Notes: a model not told the origin generated them from the letters alone. A stretch of DNA of 64,000 nucleotides from Candidatus Poriferihabitaceae bacterium (GCA_965237485.1 CBDEFQ010000009.1:1241778-1305777); one strand, 5' to 3'; positions 19,302 to 29,550 are shown, counted from the stretch's first letter. Program-made: numbers and translations.

Positions 19302-19771
19302 AGCGCCTGAAACTTTTTTTGTAATACTAATAATGCGGCCGTTTCAGCCAAGGCTTTATCTTTGCGGCGCAGCTGGGTTTCTAGCTTCTTCTTGTCTTTT
19401 TTTAACGCACGTATTTCATCACGCGCAACTTTAGGGCTAATGAGAGCCTCATCAACACCATTAATACAAGCTTCTCGCCATTGCGTTATTTGAGTAGGGT
19501 ATAGGCCTTTCTCTCGGCAATACGCAGATAATTCTTGTTCATTCATCGCAGCAGTTTCAAGAACTACGGTGAACTTAGTTTGGCAATCCCACTGATTAGA
19601 TGAATCACTATTAGGCATTAAAACTCCTGATCGTCTGGCTTTATTTCGCCAATCATACAAGGTTTGAACACTGATTCCTTCTTCTCTAGATATTTCTGCG
19701 AAGGACTGACTATTTGATGATAATAATTTAGATAAAACAGCTTCTCTTCGTTCTACGCTATATTTCGGCAT
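19280..19771 (-). CDS. IS3-family transposase OrfA (HTH)
   Basis: 163-aa ORF with an HTH region (FAEISREEGISVQTLYDWRNK) and a C-terminal leucine-zipper-like segment. It overlaps orfB at the slippery site. Confidence 0.85.
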   Translation of the reverse strand: MPKYSVERREAVLSKLLSSNSQSFAEISREEGISVQTLYDWRNKARRSGVLMPNSDSSNQWDCQTKFTVVLETAAMNEQELSAYCREKGLYPTQITQWREACINGVDEALISPKVARDEIRALKKDKKKLETQLRRKDKALAETAALLVLQKKFQALWEDEEV

Positions 19772-19841
19772 GAGTATTTCTCCGCCGCCCCTTGTGAATT
19801 AAAATGTGTGCAACTACCCTGACGTCTGGGGATACCATTAT

Positions 19842-20004
19842 CCTAGATAAATCAGTTAAACGCGGAAAAGTCATGTAAGCAATTGAAGTGCATAGTGAAA
19901 TCAAAAAAGTCGCGGTCACCTTATTGGTGATAAGGGTTTTTTTGATTTTGCCAGGTGCATCAAGAGCTTGCATGGACTTTCGTGTTTTAACTGATTTATC
20001 TAGG
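19842..20004 (+). mobile_element. 163-bp foldback MITE, subfamily 1
   Basis: The element runs CCTAGATAAATCAGTTAAACGCG...CGTGTTTTAACTGATTTATCTAGG with a 5-bp TSD ATTAT (19837-19841 / 20005-20009). Copies B and C of the IS lack it at this site (..GAATACCATTATGAATGACC..). Confidence 0.9.
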
Positions 20005-21237
20005 ATTATGAATGACCTACATATAAATACCCTTGATAAGGCACGCTTGTTGCTACAAGGCACTGATGAAATCGATCTGGCAATCGACGGTAAACGCAAT
20101 CGCTATGATTTCATCAAACGCACCTTAATGCGTTTCAAATACAGCAAACTGGGTCGAGCCGATAAGGGTCTTGTGCTGCGTTATATCACACGCATCAGCG
20201 GTTACTCTTATGTGCAAGTGAAACGCCTTGCTGCCAGCTATCTCAAGCACGGTAGAATCCAGTGGCGACATCGTGCCACAAGGGGCTTTGCTAGACGCTA
20301 TAGCAATCAAGACATTAAGCTTCTAGCAGATATGGATGAACTCCACGGTACGTTATCAGGCCATGCCACTAAGAAACTCTGTGAGCGCGCCTTAGTTGTC
20401 TATGAGCAAACTGAGTATGCCAACCTGGCACCTATCTCGGTTTCTCATCTATACAATCTACGCCGATCTAAACCCTACCAGAACAATCGCCGTCACTTTG
20501 AAAAGACACATTCCAAGCCTTCTTCTATCGGCCAAAGACGTAAGCCACAGCCAGAAGGTCAACCTGGCTATAGCCGTGTAGATACAGTGCATCAGGGCGA
20601 TAAGGACAAGGTTAAAGGGGTCTATCATATCAACGCCGTTGATGAGATCACCCCGTTTGAAGTCGTGTCTTCTACACAGAAAATATCAGAGCCATTCTTG
20701 ATGCCTATTCTCACTCAAATGCTAGAGCAATTCCCCTTTGTGATTAAAGGCTTTCATGCCGATAATGGCAGTGAATACATTAACCAATCGGTGGTGCGAT
20801 TGTTGAATAAGCTATTAATCGAGTTGACCAAATCCAGGGCTAGACACCGTAACGACCATGCCTTAGTTGAGTGCAACAATGGGGCCATCGTGCGCAAGCA
20901 TCTTGGCTTCATGCATATCCCGCAAAAATATGCGCCTGATATTAATCAATTTGCCACCGACTTTCTTAACCCTTATTTGAATTATCACCGACCTTGTTTC
21001 TTCCCACAGATCAGCACTAACAACAAAGGAAAACAAGTCAAAACCTATCCATATCGAAACATGATGACGCCTTATGAAAAACTCAAATCGTTGACCAATG
21101 CACAGTCATATCTTAAAACTCACATCTCGTTTACAATGCTTGACGATATCGTTTATCAGATGACTGATAATGAGGCAGCAAAACAACTCAATGAGGAAAA
21201 AACCAAACTCTTTAAAAACATCTTTGAACAGAAATGA
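19888..21237 (+). CDS. rve-type DDE transposase of the IS (only intact copy in the window)
   Basis: 449-aa ORF with catalytic-type residues in DTVHQGD, FHADNGSEY and NDHALVECNNG. The first 40 codons are MITE-encoded (GTG at 19888). The native in-frame ATG is retained at 20008. Confidence 0.8.
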   Translation: MHSEIKKVAVTLLVIRVFLILPGASRACMDFRVLTDLSRIMNDLHINTLDKARLLLQGTDEIDLAIDGKRNRYDFIKRTLMRFKYSKLGRADKGLVLRYITRISGYSYVQVKRLAASYLKHGRIQWRHRATRGFARRYSNQDIKLLADMDELHGTLSGHATKKLCERALVVYEQTEYANLAPISVSHLYNLRRSKPYQNNRRHFEKTHSKPSSIGQRRKPQPEGQPGYSRVDTVHQGDKDKVKGVYHINAVDEITPFEVVSSTQKISEPFLMPILTQMLEQFPFVIKGFHADNGSEYINQSVVRLLNKLLIELTKSRARHRNDHALVECNNGAIVRKHLGFMHIPQKYAPDINQFATDFLNPYLNYHRPCFFPQISTNNKGKQVKTYPYRNMMTPYEKLKSLTNAQSYLKTHISFTMLDDIVYQMTDNEAAKQLNEEKTKLFKNIFEQK

Positions 21238-21345
21238 CAATCAACTTCTCGGTATCATTCCTGTATTGGAATAGACTCCGTAAGCAAAGTGGCGTAGGTA
21301 TGCCCTAATAGAAACTAATCTAACAATGCGGCAATGAGCCTCAAT

Positions 21346-21534
21346 TTATACAAGCTTAATAAGCAATAGAACAAATGCAACTACTGCGACCAAAGGGATA
21401 AGCACACCCAGCCAATCTTTCGGTGCATCTTTACTTTGCTCAAGCGCGCGCTTTGCGCCAGGAAAGAAAAACACCGCAAATGCGAGCATGGCCAGGACAA
21501 TAAAAATGCTTTCCCAGGTAGATAAATTATTCAA
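21346..21534 (-). CDS. small two-TM membrane protein
   Basis: 62-aa ORF with two hydrophobic helices. Its start overlaps the xni stop by 4 bp, suggesting translational coupling. Confidence 0.45.
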   Translation of the reverse strand: MNNLSTWESIFIVLAMLAFAVFFFPGAKRALEQSKDAPKDWLGVLIPLVAVVAFVLLLIKLV

Positions 21535-22304
21535 TTTTTGATCCTCCAGTCTTTAAGGTTTGTATCTAGGGTAAGGGTAAATTCAAGTGAAAATAATCGC
21601 TTGTATAACGGCAGTAGATCCACTGCTTCTATAATGTTTTGCTTAAGCTTACCTTTTAAATCACTAACTTGATTGATTAGATTTTCTACGTTGCCGTATT
21701 CCTTCAGAAGTTTATTAGCGGTTTTGCCGCCGACCCCTGCAACTCCAGGGATATTAAGCGAACTAGAACCGCACAGCGTAAAATAATCAATGAGTTGTGC
21801 TGAGTTTACTCCATAGCGTTTTTTAACGAACGCCTCATCAATTGCGGTATTGCTAAAGTGGTCAAATTGTTTAACTTTTCTGCCCAGCAATTGCGCCAAT
21901 AAGTGGTCTGTAGATAAAATAAGGCATTGTCCCTGAGTGGTTTTCAATTTATGCGTTATCGAAGCAATTATATCATCGGCTTCGGCTTGTTTAATGGCAA
22001 TGTGATTTACTTGTTGTTCACTAAGCACTTGTTTTATGTTGCCCAAGTTGTCTAGTAATGGCTGAGGCTGGGGTTTGCGGCCTAGCTTATAGTCACTATA
22101 GATGGCATGGCGCCAAGTGGTGCCGCTGGATTCTAAAACACACACCGCATGTGTGGGCTGCTGTATTTTTAGCGCACGTTGTACGCTAGCGCCTATAGAA
22201 CGAACGACGCCTTGCGCGTGCTCAGTGGTATTTTCATCTCCCGGTACGGCGGAATGAATTCTACGGATAAGATTAAAGCCATCGATGATCAGTAATTTGA
22301 CCAT
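21531..22304 (-). CDS. xni: flap endonuclease Xni (ExoIX)
   Basis: 257-aa ORF. The N-terminal LLIIDGFNLIRRIH and the H3TH region GVAGVGGKTANKLL are typical of Xni/5'-3' exonuclease. Confidence 0.82.
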   Translation of the reverse strand: MVKLLIIDGFNLIRRIHSAVPGDENTTEHAQGVVRSIGASVQRALKIQQPTHAVCVLESSGTTWRHAIYSDYKLGRKPQPQPLLDNLGNIKQVLSEQQVNHIAIKQAEADDIIASITHKLKTTQGQCLILSTDHLLAQLLGRKVKQFDHFSNTAIDEAFVKKRYGVNSAQLIDYFTLCGSSSLNIPGVAGVGGKTANKLLKEYGNVENLINQVSDLKGKLKQNIIEAVDLLPLYKRLFSLEFTLTLDTNLKDWRIKN

Positions 22305-22319
22305 CGTGCTGAACCGCTG

Positions 22320-22898
22320 CTATTGCCCATCGCGCGCAATTAAACGTAAGAATTCAGAGCGGGTGCGCTCATCGGTTCGAAAAGTGCCCGTCATCATCGA
22401 AGTTTGCATCACCGAACTTTGTTTTTGTACGCCGCGCATCATCATACACATATGCTTGGCTTCTATCACCACGCCTACCCCGCGAGCATCAATAGCCTCT
22501 TCGATAGCACAGGCAATTTGTTGGGTTAAGTTCTCTTGGATTTGCAGGCGGCGGGCAAACATATCAGTTATGCGCGCTAATTTAGATAAGCCAATGACTT
22601 TACCGCGCGGCAGATACGCGATATGACATTTACCAATAAAGGGCAATATGTGGTGCTCGCACAAAGAATAAAACTCGATGTCTTTAAGAATCACCATTTG
22701 GTCATTGTCAGTTTCAAAGACCGCGTTGTTAATGACTTTGGTTAAAGTCATGTCGTAGCCGCTGGTCAAATACTGCATGGCCTTAGCGGCGCGTTCTGGT
22801 GTTTTAACGATGCCTTTGCGGTTTACGTCTTCACCGAGTTCGGTAAGGATACTGGAATACAGTTTTGCGACCTTAAGGGTACTTTCGTTGGTTTTCAT
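22320..22898 (-). CDS. folE: GTP cyclohydrolase I
   Basis: 192-aa ORF with the CEHHILPF zinc/active-site motif and the downstream [15 protein letters not shown] motif. Confidence 0.9.
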   Translation of the reverse strand: MKTNESTLKVAKLYSSILTELGEDVNRKGIVKTPERAAKAMQYLTSGYDMTLTKVINNAVFETDNDQMVILKDIEFYSLCEHHILPFIGKCHIAYLPRGKVIGLSKLARITDMFARRLQIQENLTQQIACAIEEAIDARGVGVVIEAKHMCMMMRGVQKQSSVMQTSMMTGTFRTDERTRSEFLRLIARDGQ

Positions 22899-22906
22899 AA
22901 TATGAA

Positions 22907-23845
22907 TTATATGGCTAAGGCTTGATTAAAGCTTGATTTGTAGCGCTGCTTAAAATCATCCACGCTAAAATGATGGTTTTGGGTGCCGGGCTGTTCAATT
23001 TTAATGGCGCCGAATAACGCAGCCATTTGGCCAGTGGTTTGCCAGTCAAGATCGTGGCTTACGCCGTATAATAATCCCGCGCGAAAGGCATCGCCGCAGC
23101 CTGTTGGGTCCACATTGCCCGAGATTGGCGCTACAGGTATGCTAAGGTGTTGGCCGGCAGTATAAATATCAGCACCTTTGCCGCCTCGGGTAACGATCAA
23201 GGCTTCTACTTGCGAAGCAATTTCGTCAAGACTCAGCTTGCTGTTTTGGCTCAGCATTTCCGACTCATAGTCGTTTACAACAATATAGTCTGCGAGCGTG
23301 ATGAAGCGTTTTAATTCAAGCTTGCCAAACATTGGCAAGCCCTGGCCTGGGTCAAAAAAAAATGAGATGTCCCCTTTTGAAAACTGCTCAGCATGATCGA
23401 TCATTGCTTGTCGCCCATCTGGGGCCACAATGCCCAGCGAAATATCCTTTGCGTCGGTTATTTTATTATCGTGGGCATAATTCATTGCCCCAGGGTGAAA
23501 GGCAATGATTTGGTTGTCGTTTTCATCTGTTGTCAGGTAGGCTTGCGCCGTATAACTGCCTTCAACCTCGACAACATGTTTGTCGTTAATGCCGCACTTC
23601 TTTAGCCATGTGCGGTATGGGCCGAAGTCTTCACCGACAGTCGCCATTGGCAGAGGATTACCCCTAATTAAGTTTAGGTTATAGGCGATATTTCCTGAGC
23701 ATCCTCCAAATTCTTTGCGCAATTCGGGCACCAAGAAACACACATTCAGAATATCTAGCTTGTCTGCGATAATGTGGTTTTTAAAAGAATCAGGGAACAC
23801 CATGATGGTGTCAAAGGCATAGGAGCCAGTGATTAAAATGGACAC
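22907..23845 (-). CDS. PfkB-family carbohydrate/nucleoside kinase
   Basis: 312-aa ORF with the [10 protein letters not shown] region and the C-terminal PfkB signature [16 protein letters not shown]. Confidence 0.75.
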   Translation of the reverse strand: MSILITGSYAFDTIMVFPDSFKNHIIADKLDILNVCFLVPELRKEFGGCSGNIAYNLNLIRGNPLPMATVGEDFGPYRTWLKKCGINDKHVVEVEGSYTAQAYLTTDENDNQIIAFHPGAMNYAHDNKITDAKDISLGIVAPDGRQAMIDHAEQFSKGDISFFFDPGQGLPMFGKLELKRFITLADYIVVNDYESEMLSQNSKLSLDEIASQVEALIVTRGGKGADIYTAGQHLSIPVAPISGNVDPTGCGDAFRAGLLYGVSHDLDWQTTGQMAALFGAIKIEQPGTQNHHFSVDDFKQRYKSSFNQALAI

Positions 23846-23863
23846 AGAATTTTATTTGGTTAA

Positions 23864-24289
23864 TTAAATTTTGGATTGTGCACTTTGGCACTCCTTACAT
23901 AAACCATAAAGGCAAAGAGAATGATCTAGAATGGCAAAGCCATGCTTTTCAGCGAGTTTGATTTGCTGTAATTCAATTCGCTCATCGTGAAACTCAATAA
24001 TTTTACCGCAGCTGTCGCAAACCATGTGATCATGGTGCTCTGTATCGGCGAGCTCAAATACAGAACGCTCACCAAAGTTATGACGCAATACTAGGCCCGC
24101 GGCTTCAAATTGAGTCAGTACGCGATAGATGGTGGCAAGGCCGATACCATCGTCACCCTTTAAGACTAACTTGTAGATTTCTTCAGCGGACAGATGGCGG
24201 TTCTTTTCGCTCTCGAGTAACTCAAGTATTTTTAAGCGCGGCAAGGTGGTTTTTAAGCCCGCTTGTTTGAGTTCATCAATTTGATTCAT
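23864..24289 (-). CDS. fur: ferric uptake regulator
   Basis: 141-aa ORF. It has the LKQAGLKTTLPRLKILELL winged helix, the HHDHMVC metal site and the CxxC pairs (CDSCGK.., CKEC). Confidence 0.9.
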   Translation of the reverse strand: MNQIDELKQAGLKTTLPRLKILELLESEKNRHLSAEEIYKLVLKGDDGIGLATIYRVLTQFEAAGLVLRHNFGERSVFELADTEHHDHMVCDSCGKIIEFHDERIELQQIKLAEKHGFAILDHSLCLYGLCKECQSAQSKI

Positions 24290-24402
24290 TTTTTACAACA
24301 GCTTAGGGTTGTCCGTTTGCATTAGGTTTAATCATTTCCATTTTATCACTAAGAATAGGAGGACAAGCGAATTTGTGCTTTTGGCTGAAAAGGGGCCTAT
24401 TG

Positions 24403-25674
24403 CTAATGTGGAATGCGTGATTCAAGCGATAAGGCTTCTATCGCCTTGGCTTTTTCCACCAAAGGTTTAATGGTTAAGCCCTGGACGATTATCGAGAACA
24501 CCACAATCACATAAGTAACCGCTAGAATAATGTTGCGTGGCTCGCCTTCAGGCAAGGACAGCGCGAGAGCAACGGAAATACCGCCGCGTAAGCCGCCCCA
24601 AACCAAAATACGAATTGCGTACACATTAAAGGTGCGTTTTAGCTGAAATAACAAAATAGGCAACCCCACTGCTACTGTGCGCGCTAGCAGTACAATAGCA
24701 ATCGCTATTACGCCCGCAATCAGCCAGCTTTGTGTAAACTGCAATACCAAGATTTCTAGCCCGATAAGCACAAACAACAAGGCGTTAAGGATCTCATCAA
24801 TCAACTCCCAAAATGTGTCAAGGTGATCGCGTGTTTTGTCACTCATTGCAAAATGCCGACCGTGATTACCAATAAACAAACCAGCCACCACCATCGCAAT
24901 AGGGCCAGAAACATGGATTTGCGTGGCCAAGGAATACCCGCCCATTACAATTGCCAGAGATATTAATATCTCAGTTTGATAGTTGTCTACGCTGCGCAAC
25001 AAGTAAAAGCCAATAGCACCAAGTAGGCCACCAAAAACAATGCCGCCCAGCGCTTCTTCGGCAAACAAGGTGGCGATGTGAGATACCGTGGCGCCTTGTG
25101 GGTTTACTGCAATGCCTAATAGCACTAGAAATATGACTACGCCAATTCCGTCATTAAATAGCGATTCACCGGCGATTTTGGTTTCCAGTGCAACTGGGGC
25201 ACCCACGCTTTTTAACGTAGACATCACTGCAATCGGGTCAGTCGGCGAAATTAGCGCACCGAACAGGAGGTAATAAATAAACGGCATCTTGATGCCGAGC
25301 ATTGAAAACACGGCGTAACTCAAACCGGCGACTAAAATAGTGGAAATCATTACCCCAAAGGTAGCGAGCGTTAGGATAACCCACTTTTGCTCCGCGAGGT
25401 CTTCCAGATTAACGTGCAAGGCACCCGCGAATAACAAAAAACTCAACATGCCATGCAAAAGGGTCACGTTAAAATCTACGTTCGACAAAATCGACTCGGC
25501 CATGTCTTTAGTCGGCAATATCCCGCTGGCATCGATCGATATAAGCCCTACAGAGAAGATAAGTGCAATAATCATGACGCCAATGGTAGTCGGCAGTTTT
25601 AGCCATTTGGTGTTGATAAAGCTAAATAGAGCGGTGATGCTGATTAACAGTGAGGCGAGTCCCAGTAGTTGCAT
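24403..25674 (-). CDS. Na+/H+ antiporter (CPA1/NhaP-type)
   Basis: 423-aa polytopic ORF with the LISPTDPIAV motif characteristic of CPA1 exchangers. Confidence 0.75.
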   Translation of the reverse strand: MQLLGLASLLISITALFSFINTKWLKLPTTIGVMIIALIFSVGLISIDASGILPTKDMAESILSNVDFNVTLLHGMLSFLLFAGALHVNLEDLAEQKWVILTLATFGVMISTILVAGLSYAVFSMLGIKMPFIYYLLFGALISPTDPIAVMSTLKSVGAPVALETKIAGESLFNDGIGVVIFLVLLGIAVNPQGATVSHIATLFAEEALGGIVFGGLLGAIGFYLLRSVDNYQTEILISLAIVMGGYSLATQIHVSGPIAMVVAGLFIGNHGRHFAMSDKTRDHLDTFWELIDEILNALLFVLIGLEILVLQFTQSWLIAGVIAIAIVLLARTVAVGLPILLFQLKRTFNVYAIRILVWGGLRGGISVALALSLPEGEPRNIILAVTYVIVVFSIIVQGLTIKPLVEKAKAIEALSLESRIPH

Positions 25675-25703
25675 TTACTTAGTTTCTTGGTCTTGTGTAA
25701 ACG

Positions 25704-26945
25704 TTAGACGTGCTGTGGCTGCACGATGCACGCCGTTGGCAAATCCGCAAATAGATGTTGACTGGTTCCCATAGCATAGTTGTTTAGTAGGGATTTTAAG
25801 CTATTGCTATTATCAACAGAATTCATTGCAATTTCACGTATAGCACTCAATGTCGGGTGATCTGATCCAAACACCGATTTGAAACCTTGCATTGCGCCAA
25901 GTACGGCTGTGTTTTGGCCACGTCGCCAGCGTTCATAAGGCCGTAGATTTCTCAGTAACCCTATATCACGGCCAGCACTGTGTTTTTCAAGTAGCACTTG
26001 CGCTAGTGCAGCGGTGTCTAAAACGCCAATATTTGCGCCCAAGCCTGCCAACGGGTGAGTTCGATGCGCCGCGTCGCCTACCAAAGCAGCGCGGTCAGTA
26101 ATGTATCGTTGCGCATGAACCTGTTTAAGTGCAAAGCCGACGGGCTTGCTTAGTAATGTAACCTCACCCAGCTTGTGCTCAAGCCCTTGGGCTATTCGAG
26201 ATTCCATTTCTTGTTGATCGAGATCGAGCAATTGTTTTGCATAGGCATCATCACAAGACCATACAATTGAACACGACCCATCGGCCAAGGGTAAATAGGC
26301 CAGCGGCCCAGAAGAATGAAAACATTGATAAGCTGTTTGCTGGTGGGGTAACTCAGTTTGAATGCGTGCGACGATGGCTTTTTGGTTGAAATGGCCAGTT
26401 TCTACTGGGATGTTCAACAGCTTACGCGTAGCAGAATCTTGACCGTCAGCGCCAACGAGTAGTTTCGTTTCAATGCGTTGACTGTTGATGATCACTATTT
26501 GGTTTTGATCGGTTTGTTCAATGCCCCCGATTGTGGTGTTGGCGAAAATGTGGACGTTTTCATAGCTTGCTAAGTTCTCTAACAAGCATTCCACCATGAG
26601 ATCATTCTCAATTATGTAGCCCAGTTGATCAAACTGGGTTTCATCGCTGATAAATTCTATTCTTGCGGTGCTGTTGGCGTCCCAAACCTGCATTTGCGAA
26701 TAAGCACTTACGCGGGTGTCGTGAATGCTTTTCCAGACTTCTAGGTGCTTGAAAAACTGCATAGTGGCTAGGTTAATTGCACTGACTCTAGGGCGGTAAT
26801 CACTATCTTTTGGCGTTGCGGGCTTTTCAGCACCGGCGTCAATCAGGCAAATATTTAACCCTGAAGGTGCAATCGCTAATGCTAGAGATGCGCCGACAAT
26901 GCCTGCGCCTACAATGGTGATTTCTGCACTAAGTTTCGTCATCAC
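25704..26945 (-). CDS. ubiI: UbiH/UbiF/VisC/COQ6-family FAD-dependent ubiquinone biosynthesis hydroxylase
   Basis: It has the GAGIVGASLA dinucleotide fold and the GDAAHRTHPLAGLGANIG motif. Its position directly downstream of ubiH matches the ygfB-pepP-ubiH-visC(ubiI) arrangement. Confidence 0.7.
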   Translation of the reverse strand: MMTKLSAEITIVGAGIVGASLALAIAPSGLNICLIDAGAEKPATPKDSDYRPRVSAINLATMQFFKHLEVWKSIHDTRVSAYSQMQVWDANSTARIEFISDETQFDQLGYIIENDLMVECLLENLASYENVHIFANTTIGGIEQTDQNQIVIINSQRIETKLLVGADGQDSATRKLLNIPVETGHFNQKAIVARIQTELPHQQTAYQCFHSSGPLAYLPLADGSCSIVWSCDDAYAKQLLDLDQQEMESRIAQGLEHKLGEVTLLSKPVGFALKQVHAQRYITDRAALVGDAAHRTHPLAGLGANIGVLDTAALAQVLLEKHSAGRDIGLLRNLRPYERWRRGQNTAVLGAMQGFKSVFGSDHPTLSAIREIAMNSVDNSNSLKSLLNNYAMGTSQHLFADLPTACIVQPQHV

Positions 26946-26946
26946 A

Positions 26947-28215
26947 TCACGGCGCTTTGCTAAACAGTCGCTTACCGCGCGCTAGCTTGGGTTGGTGTTT
27001 AGCCAAGCCCATGGTGCGGCGCAATAATAATCGTTTCGCCAGTGGACTATTCTCGATCATGCTAAGTGCTGCATTGCGTCCAAAACTGATGCTTGCAGAA
27101 GGGTGGCTAAAGCTCCGGAATAAGCCATTGGTAAATTTAACAACGCGCTGCGTATCAGCACTGCGAATCCGTTGATATTGGTCAAGCAAAGTAGTCGAAC
27201 CCATATCTTCTATTAGTTTATTGTTTTCTAAGCACAGTTCAGCAAAAGCAGCTATATCTCGCAATCCTAGATTAAAGCCTTGCCCGCCAACGGGGTGCAC
27301 GGTATGCGCCGCGTTGCCAAGCACAATAGTACGCGCTTGCGTAGGATGAGAAAGCTGGCTTTGTTTCAAAGGGTAAGCCTTTCTCGCAGAGGGCAAGCTA
27401 AAAAAACCGGCACGAAAACCAAAAGTGTCTTGCAGTTCTGTTAGATACTCATCATCACTGAGCTTGAGTAAGGAATCGGTCTTTTCATTGGTTTCAGTCC
27501 AAACAGCCGCATAACGCTGGTCATTTAAAGGCAGTAGAGCTAAAGGGCCGGCTGGTGTAAACCGTTCATAGGCAACGTGGTTATGTGGGCGGTCTACCGA
27601 CACTATGCTAAGCAATGCCTTAGCTGAGTAATCCTGCGCTGATCCTTTAAATCCAAGATCATCAAGTAAAGTGGAGCGACCACCGTCGGCGATTACCAAC
27701 AATTTAGTGGTAATGCTATGTGAATCACTGCCTTCCTTTATTGTAGTTTTAACAAATTGTTTGCCTTGTTTTGCAGCCGTTAAGGTGGCGGGGCATAGCA
27801 CGTCGATAGTGCTACTTTTTTCAATATGCTGGTATAACGCTTTGCCAAGTGTGCGCGTGGGGCAAACGTAGCCTAATGCCGGCGTGCCAATATCTTTGCA
27901 ATCCAAGTTGCAAATTCCGAAATGGCCACGGTTAGAAATATGAATTCGTTTAAGTGGGCAAGCTTGGTTTGCCACATCACCTTGCCAAATGCCCAAGGCT
28001 TCAAATATAAGCTTTGAACTGTAAGTCAATGCAATGGTGCGTTCGTCATAACTCACCTGTGCATCAGATTGCAGTGGCACTGCCTCTACTAGCGCAATTT
28101 TAAGCTTGGATTGTGTTTGCTGCTGTAACAAGTCCAGCGCGACCGCTAGGCTAGAACCTACCAGCCCGCCACCAGCAATAATGACATCACAATCAATGGG
28201 TGTGGGTTTTGACAC
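26947..28215 (-). CDS. ubiH: 2-octaprenyl-6-methoxyphenol hydroxylase
   Basis: It has the GGGLVGSSLA and GNAAHTVHPVGGQGFNLG motifs, and is syntenic with pepP and ubiI. Confidence 0.75.
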   Translation of the reverse strand: MSKPTPIDCDVIIAGGGLVGSSLAVALDLLQQQTQSKLKIALVEAVPLQSDAQVSYDERTIALTYSSKLIFEALGIWQGDVANQACPLKRIHISNRGHFGICNLDCKDIGTPALGYVCPTRTLGKALYQHIEKSSTIDVLCPATLTAAKQGKQFVKTTIKEGSDSHSITTKLLVIADGGRSTLLDDLGFKGSAQDYSAKALLSIVSVDRPHNHVAYERFTPAGPLALLPLNDQRYAAVWTETNEKTDSLLKLSDDEYLTELQDTFGFRAGFFSLPSARKAYPLKQSQLSHPTQARTIVLGNAAHTVHPVGGQGFNLGLRDIAAFAELCLENNKLIEDMGSTTLLDQYQRIRSADTQRVVKFTNGLFRSFSHPSASISFGRNAALSMIENSPLAKRLLLRRTMGLAKHQPKLARGKRLFSKAP

Positions 28216-28236
28216 AAGACGCCGCGGTATAATGAG

Positions 28237-29550
28237 CTACGCAGCTTTAGACTGCTGCATTAAGGCTTCAATTTCATCTGCATCGACAGGCACGCCACGG
28301 GTCATAATTTCATTGCCATCTTTAGTAACAACAACATCATCTTCAATACGGATGCCAATATTATGCCAGCGAGGGTCGATGTCTTTATCGGCAGGGATAT
28401 ATAAGCCAGGCTCAACGGTTAGCACCATGCCGGGCTCTAAAACCCGCCACTCACTTTCAACTTTGTAATCTCCTACATCATGCACGTCCATGCCCAGCCA
28501 GTGTCCGGTGCCATGCATATAAAAGCGTTTATAGCTTTTTGATTCTAAGGCTTGCTCTTTGGTTTCGGTGATCAGACCAAGTTCAATAAGCCCTTCAACC
28601 AATACCTCCACCGCAGCGTCGTGGTAGGCCGTCCATATATTTCCCGGCTTAATTTGCTCTAGTGCCGCTGCTTGGGCCTTAAGTACTAAATCATATAGGC
28701 TGCGTTGCGCTGCGTTGAATTTTCCATTTACCGGGAACGTGCGCGTTATATCAGAAGCATAACAATCAATTTCAGCCCCAGCGTCAATGAGCAGCAAGTC
28801 GCCATCTTTAGTTTGCGCGTTGTTCTCAATATAGTGCAATATGCAGGCGTTTTCGCCAGATGCCACAATGGAGGGGTAAGCAGGGTAGGGGCTGCCACCC
28901 GCTAGAAATGTGCCCTCTATCACCGCCTGATATTCATATTCATACATCCCAGGCCTACTTTGCTGCATGGCTTTCTTATGCGCTTTAGCGGTTAGTTTGG
29001 CGGCTTTGCGCATAGTGCGCAGTTCGTCAGACCGTTTTATCAGGCGCAGCTCGTGAAGCACGTAAGTCAAATCTGCAAACTCCATTGGGGCCTGCACACC
29101 ACTGCGATTATGCGATTTAATTTCGTTAACCCACTCAAAAATTTGCATATCAAATTCTGGATGCCGTCCCGTGCAGGTGAAAACCTTACTTTGGTTCTCT
29201 AGTAGTTTGGGCAATATCTCTTCCATTTGATCAATAGAATAAGCTTGATCGGCGCAGAAATCTTCAATGGCGCTTTCAACCCCTGCACGTTTACCGTCCC
29301 ACTGCTCGCGTAAGGGGTCGCGTTCGCGGCAAAAAAGAATAAATTCACCCTCTTCTCGATTGGGAATTAGCACCAAAATCGCTTCAGGCTCATTAAAATG
29401 TGTGAGGTAGTAAAAATCACTGTCTGGGCGAAAGCGAAAGTGTACGTCGCCATTACGGTGCTGTAAATAATTGGTCGGGATGATGGCAATACCTTCGCCC
29501 ATTAGCTGCATCAGGCCGCGGCGTCTTCGAATAAACAGGTCGTTGTTCAT
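28237..29550 (-). CDS. pepP: Xaa-Pro aminopeptidase
   Basis: 437-aa ORF with M24 metal ligands in DAGAEIDCYASDITR, HGTGHWLGMDVHD and EPGLY..IGIRIED. Confidence 0.9.
   Translation of the reverse strand: MNNDLFIRRRRGLMQLMGEGIAIIPTNYLQHRNGDVHFRFRPDSDFYYLTHFNEPEAILVLIPNREEGEFILFCRERDPLREQWDGKRAGVESAIEDFCADQAYSIDQMEEILPKLLENQSKVFTCTGRHPEFDMQIFEWVNEIKSHNRSGVQAPMEFADLTYVLHELRLIKRSDELRTMRKAAKLTAKAHKKAMQQSRPGMYEYEYQAVIEGTFLAGGSPYPAYPSIVASGENACILHYIENNAQTKDGDLLLIDAGAEIDCYASDITRTFPVNGKFNAAQRSLYDLVLKAQAAALEQIKPGNIWTAYHDAAVEVLVEGLIELGLITETKEQALESKSYKRFYMHGTGHWLGMDVHDVGDYKVESEWRVLEPGMVLTVEPGLYIPADKDIDPRWHNIGIRIEDDVVVTKDGNEIMTRGVPVDADEIEALMQQSKAA

Larger units (their letters stand above)
18205..19831 (-). 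mobile_element. IS3-family insertion sequence (orfA/orfB with -1 frameshift)
   Basis: This 1627-bp segment interrupts the copy-A leader, with the host sequence ATACC duplicated (18200-18204 and 19832-19836). The recognisable IR TCAGGGTAGTTGCACA is at 18213 and, inverted, ends at 19823, which is 8-9 bp inside the insert ends. An A7 slippery run on the minus strand lies at 19316-19322. Confidence 0.85.
18104..21277 (+). mobile_element. IS with rve-type DDE transposase, copy A, interrupted by an IS3-family element and a MITE
   Basis: Terminal IRs are AGTCTTGTCCAACATGAAATGATAC.. and ..GGTATCATTCCTGTATTGGAATAGACT. A 5-bp direct repeat CCGTA flanks both ends (18099-18103 and 21278-21282). The IS family is not assigned; it is IS481/IS1202-like by size and 5-bp TSD. 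Confidence 0.85.

Noticed and set aside
19842-20004. The 163-bp inserts as inteins or self-splicing introns restoring an uninterrupted transposase
   Set aside because: They contain an in-frame TAA, have 5-bp target duplications and terminal inverted repeats, and are simple hairpins without recognisable group I or group II features. This is MITE behaviour. Translational restart is the simpler hypothesis.
24320-24352. Possible Fur box upstream of fur (TTTAATCATTTCCATTTTATCAC)
   Set aside because: Only the AATCATT core matches the GATAATGATAATCATTATC consensus. That is too weak to call without a scoring matrix.
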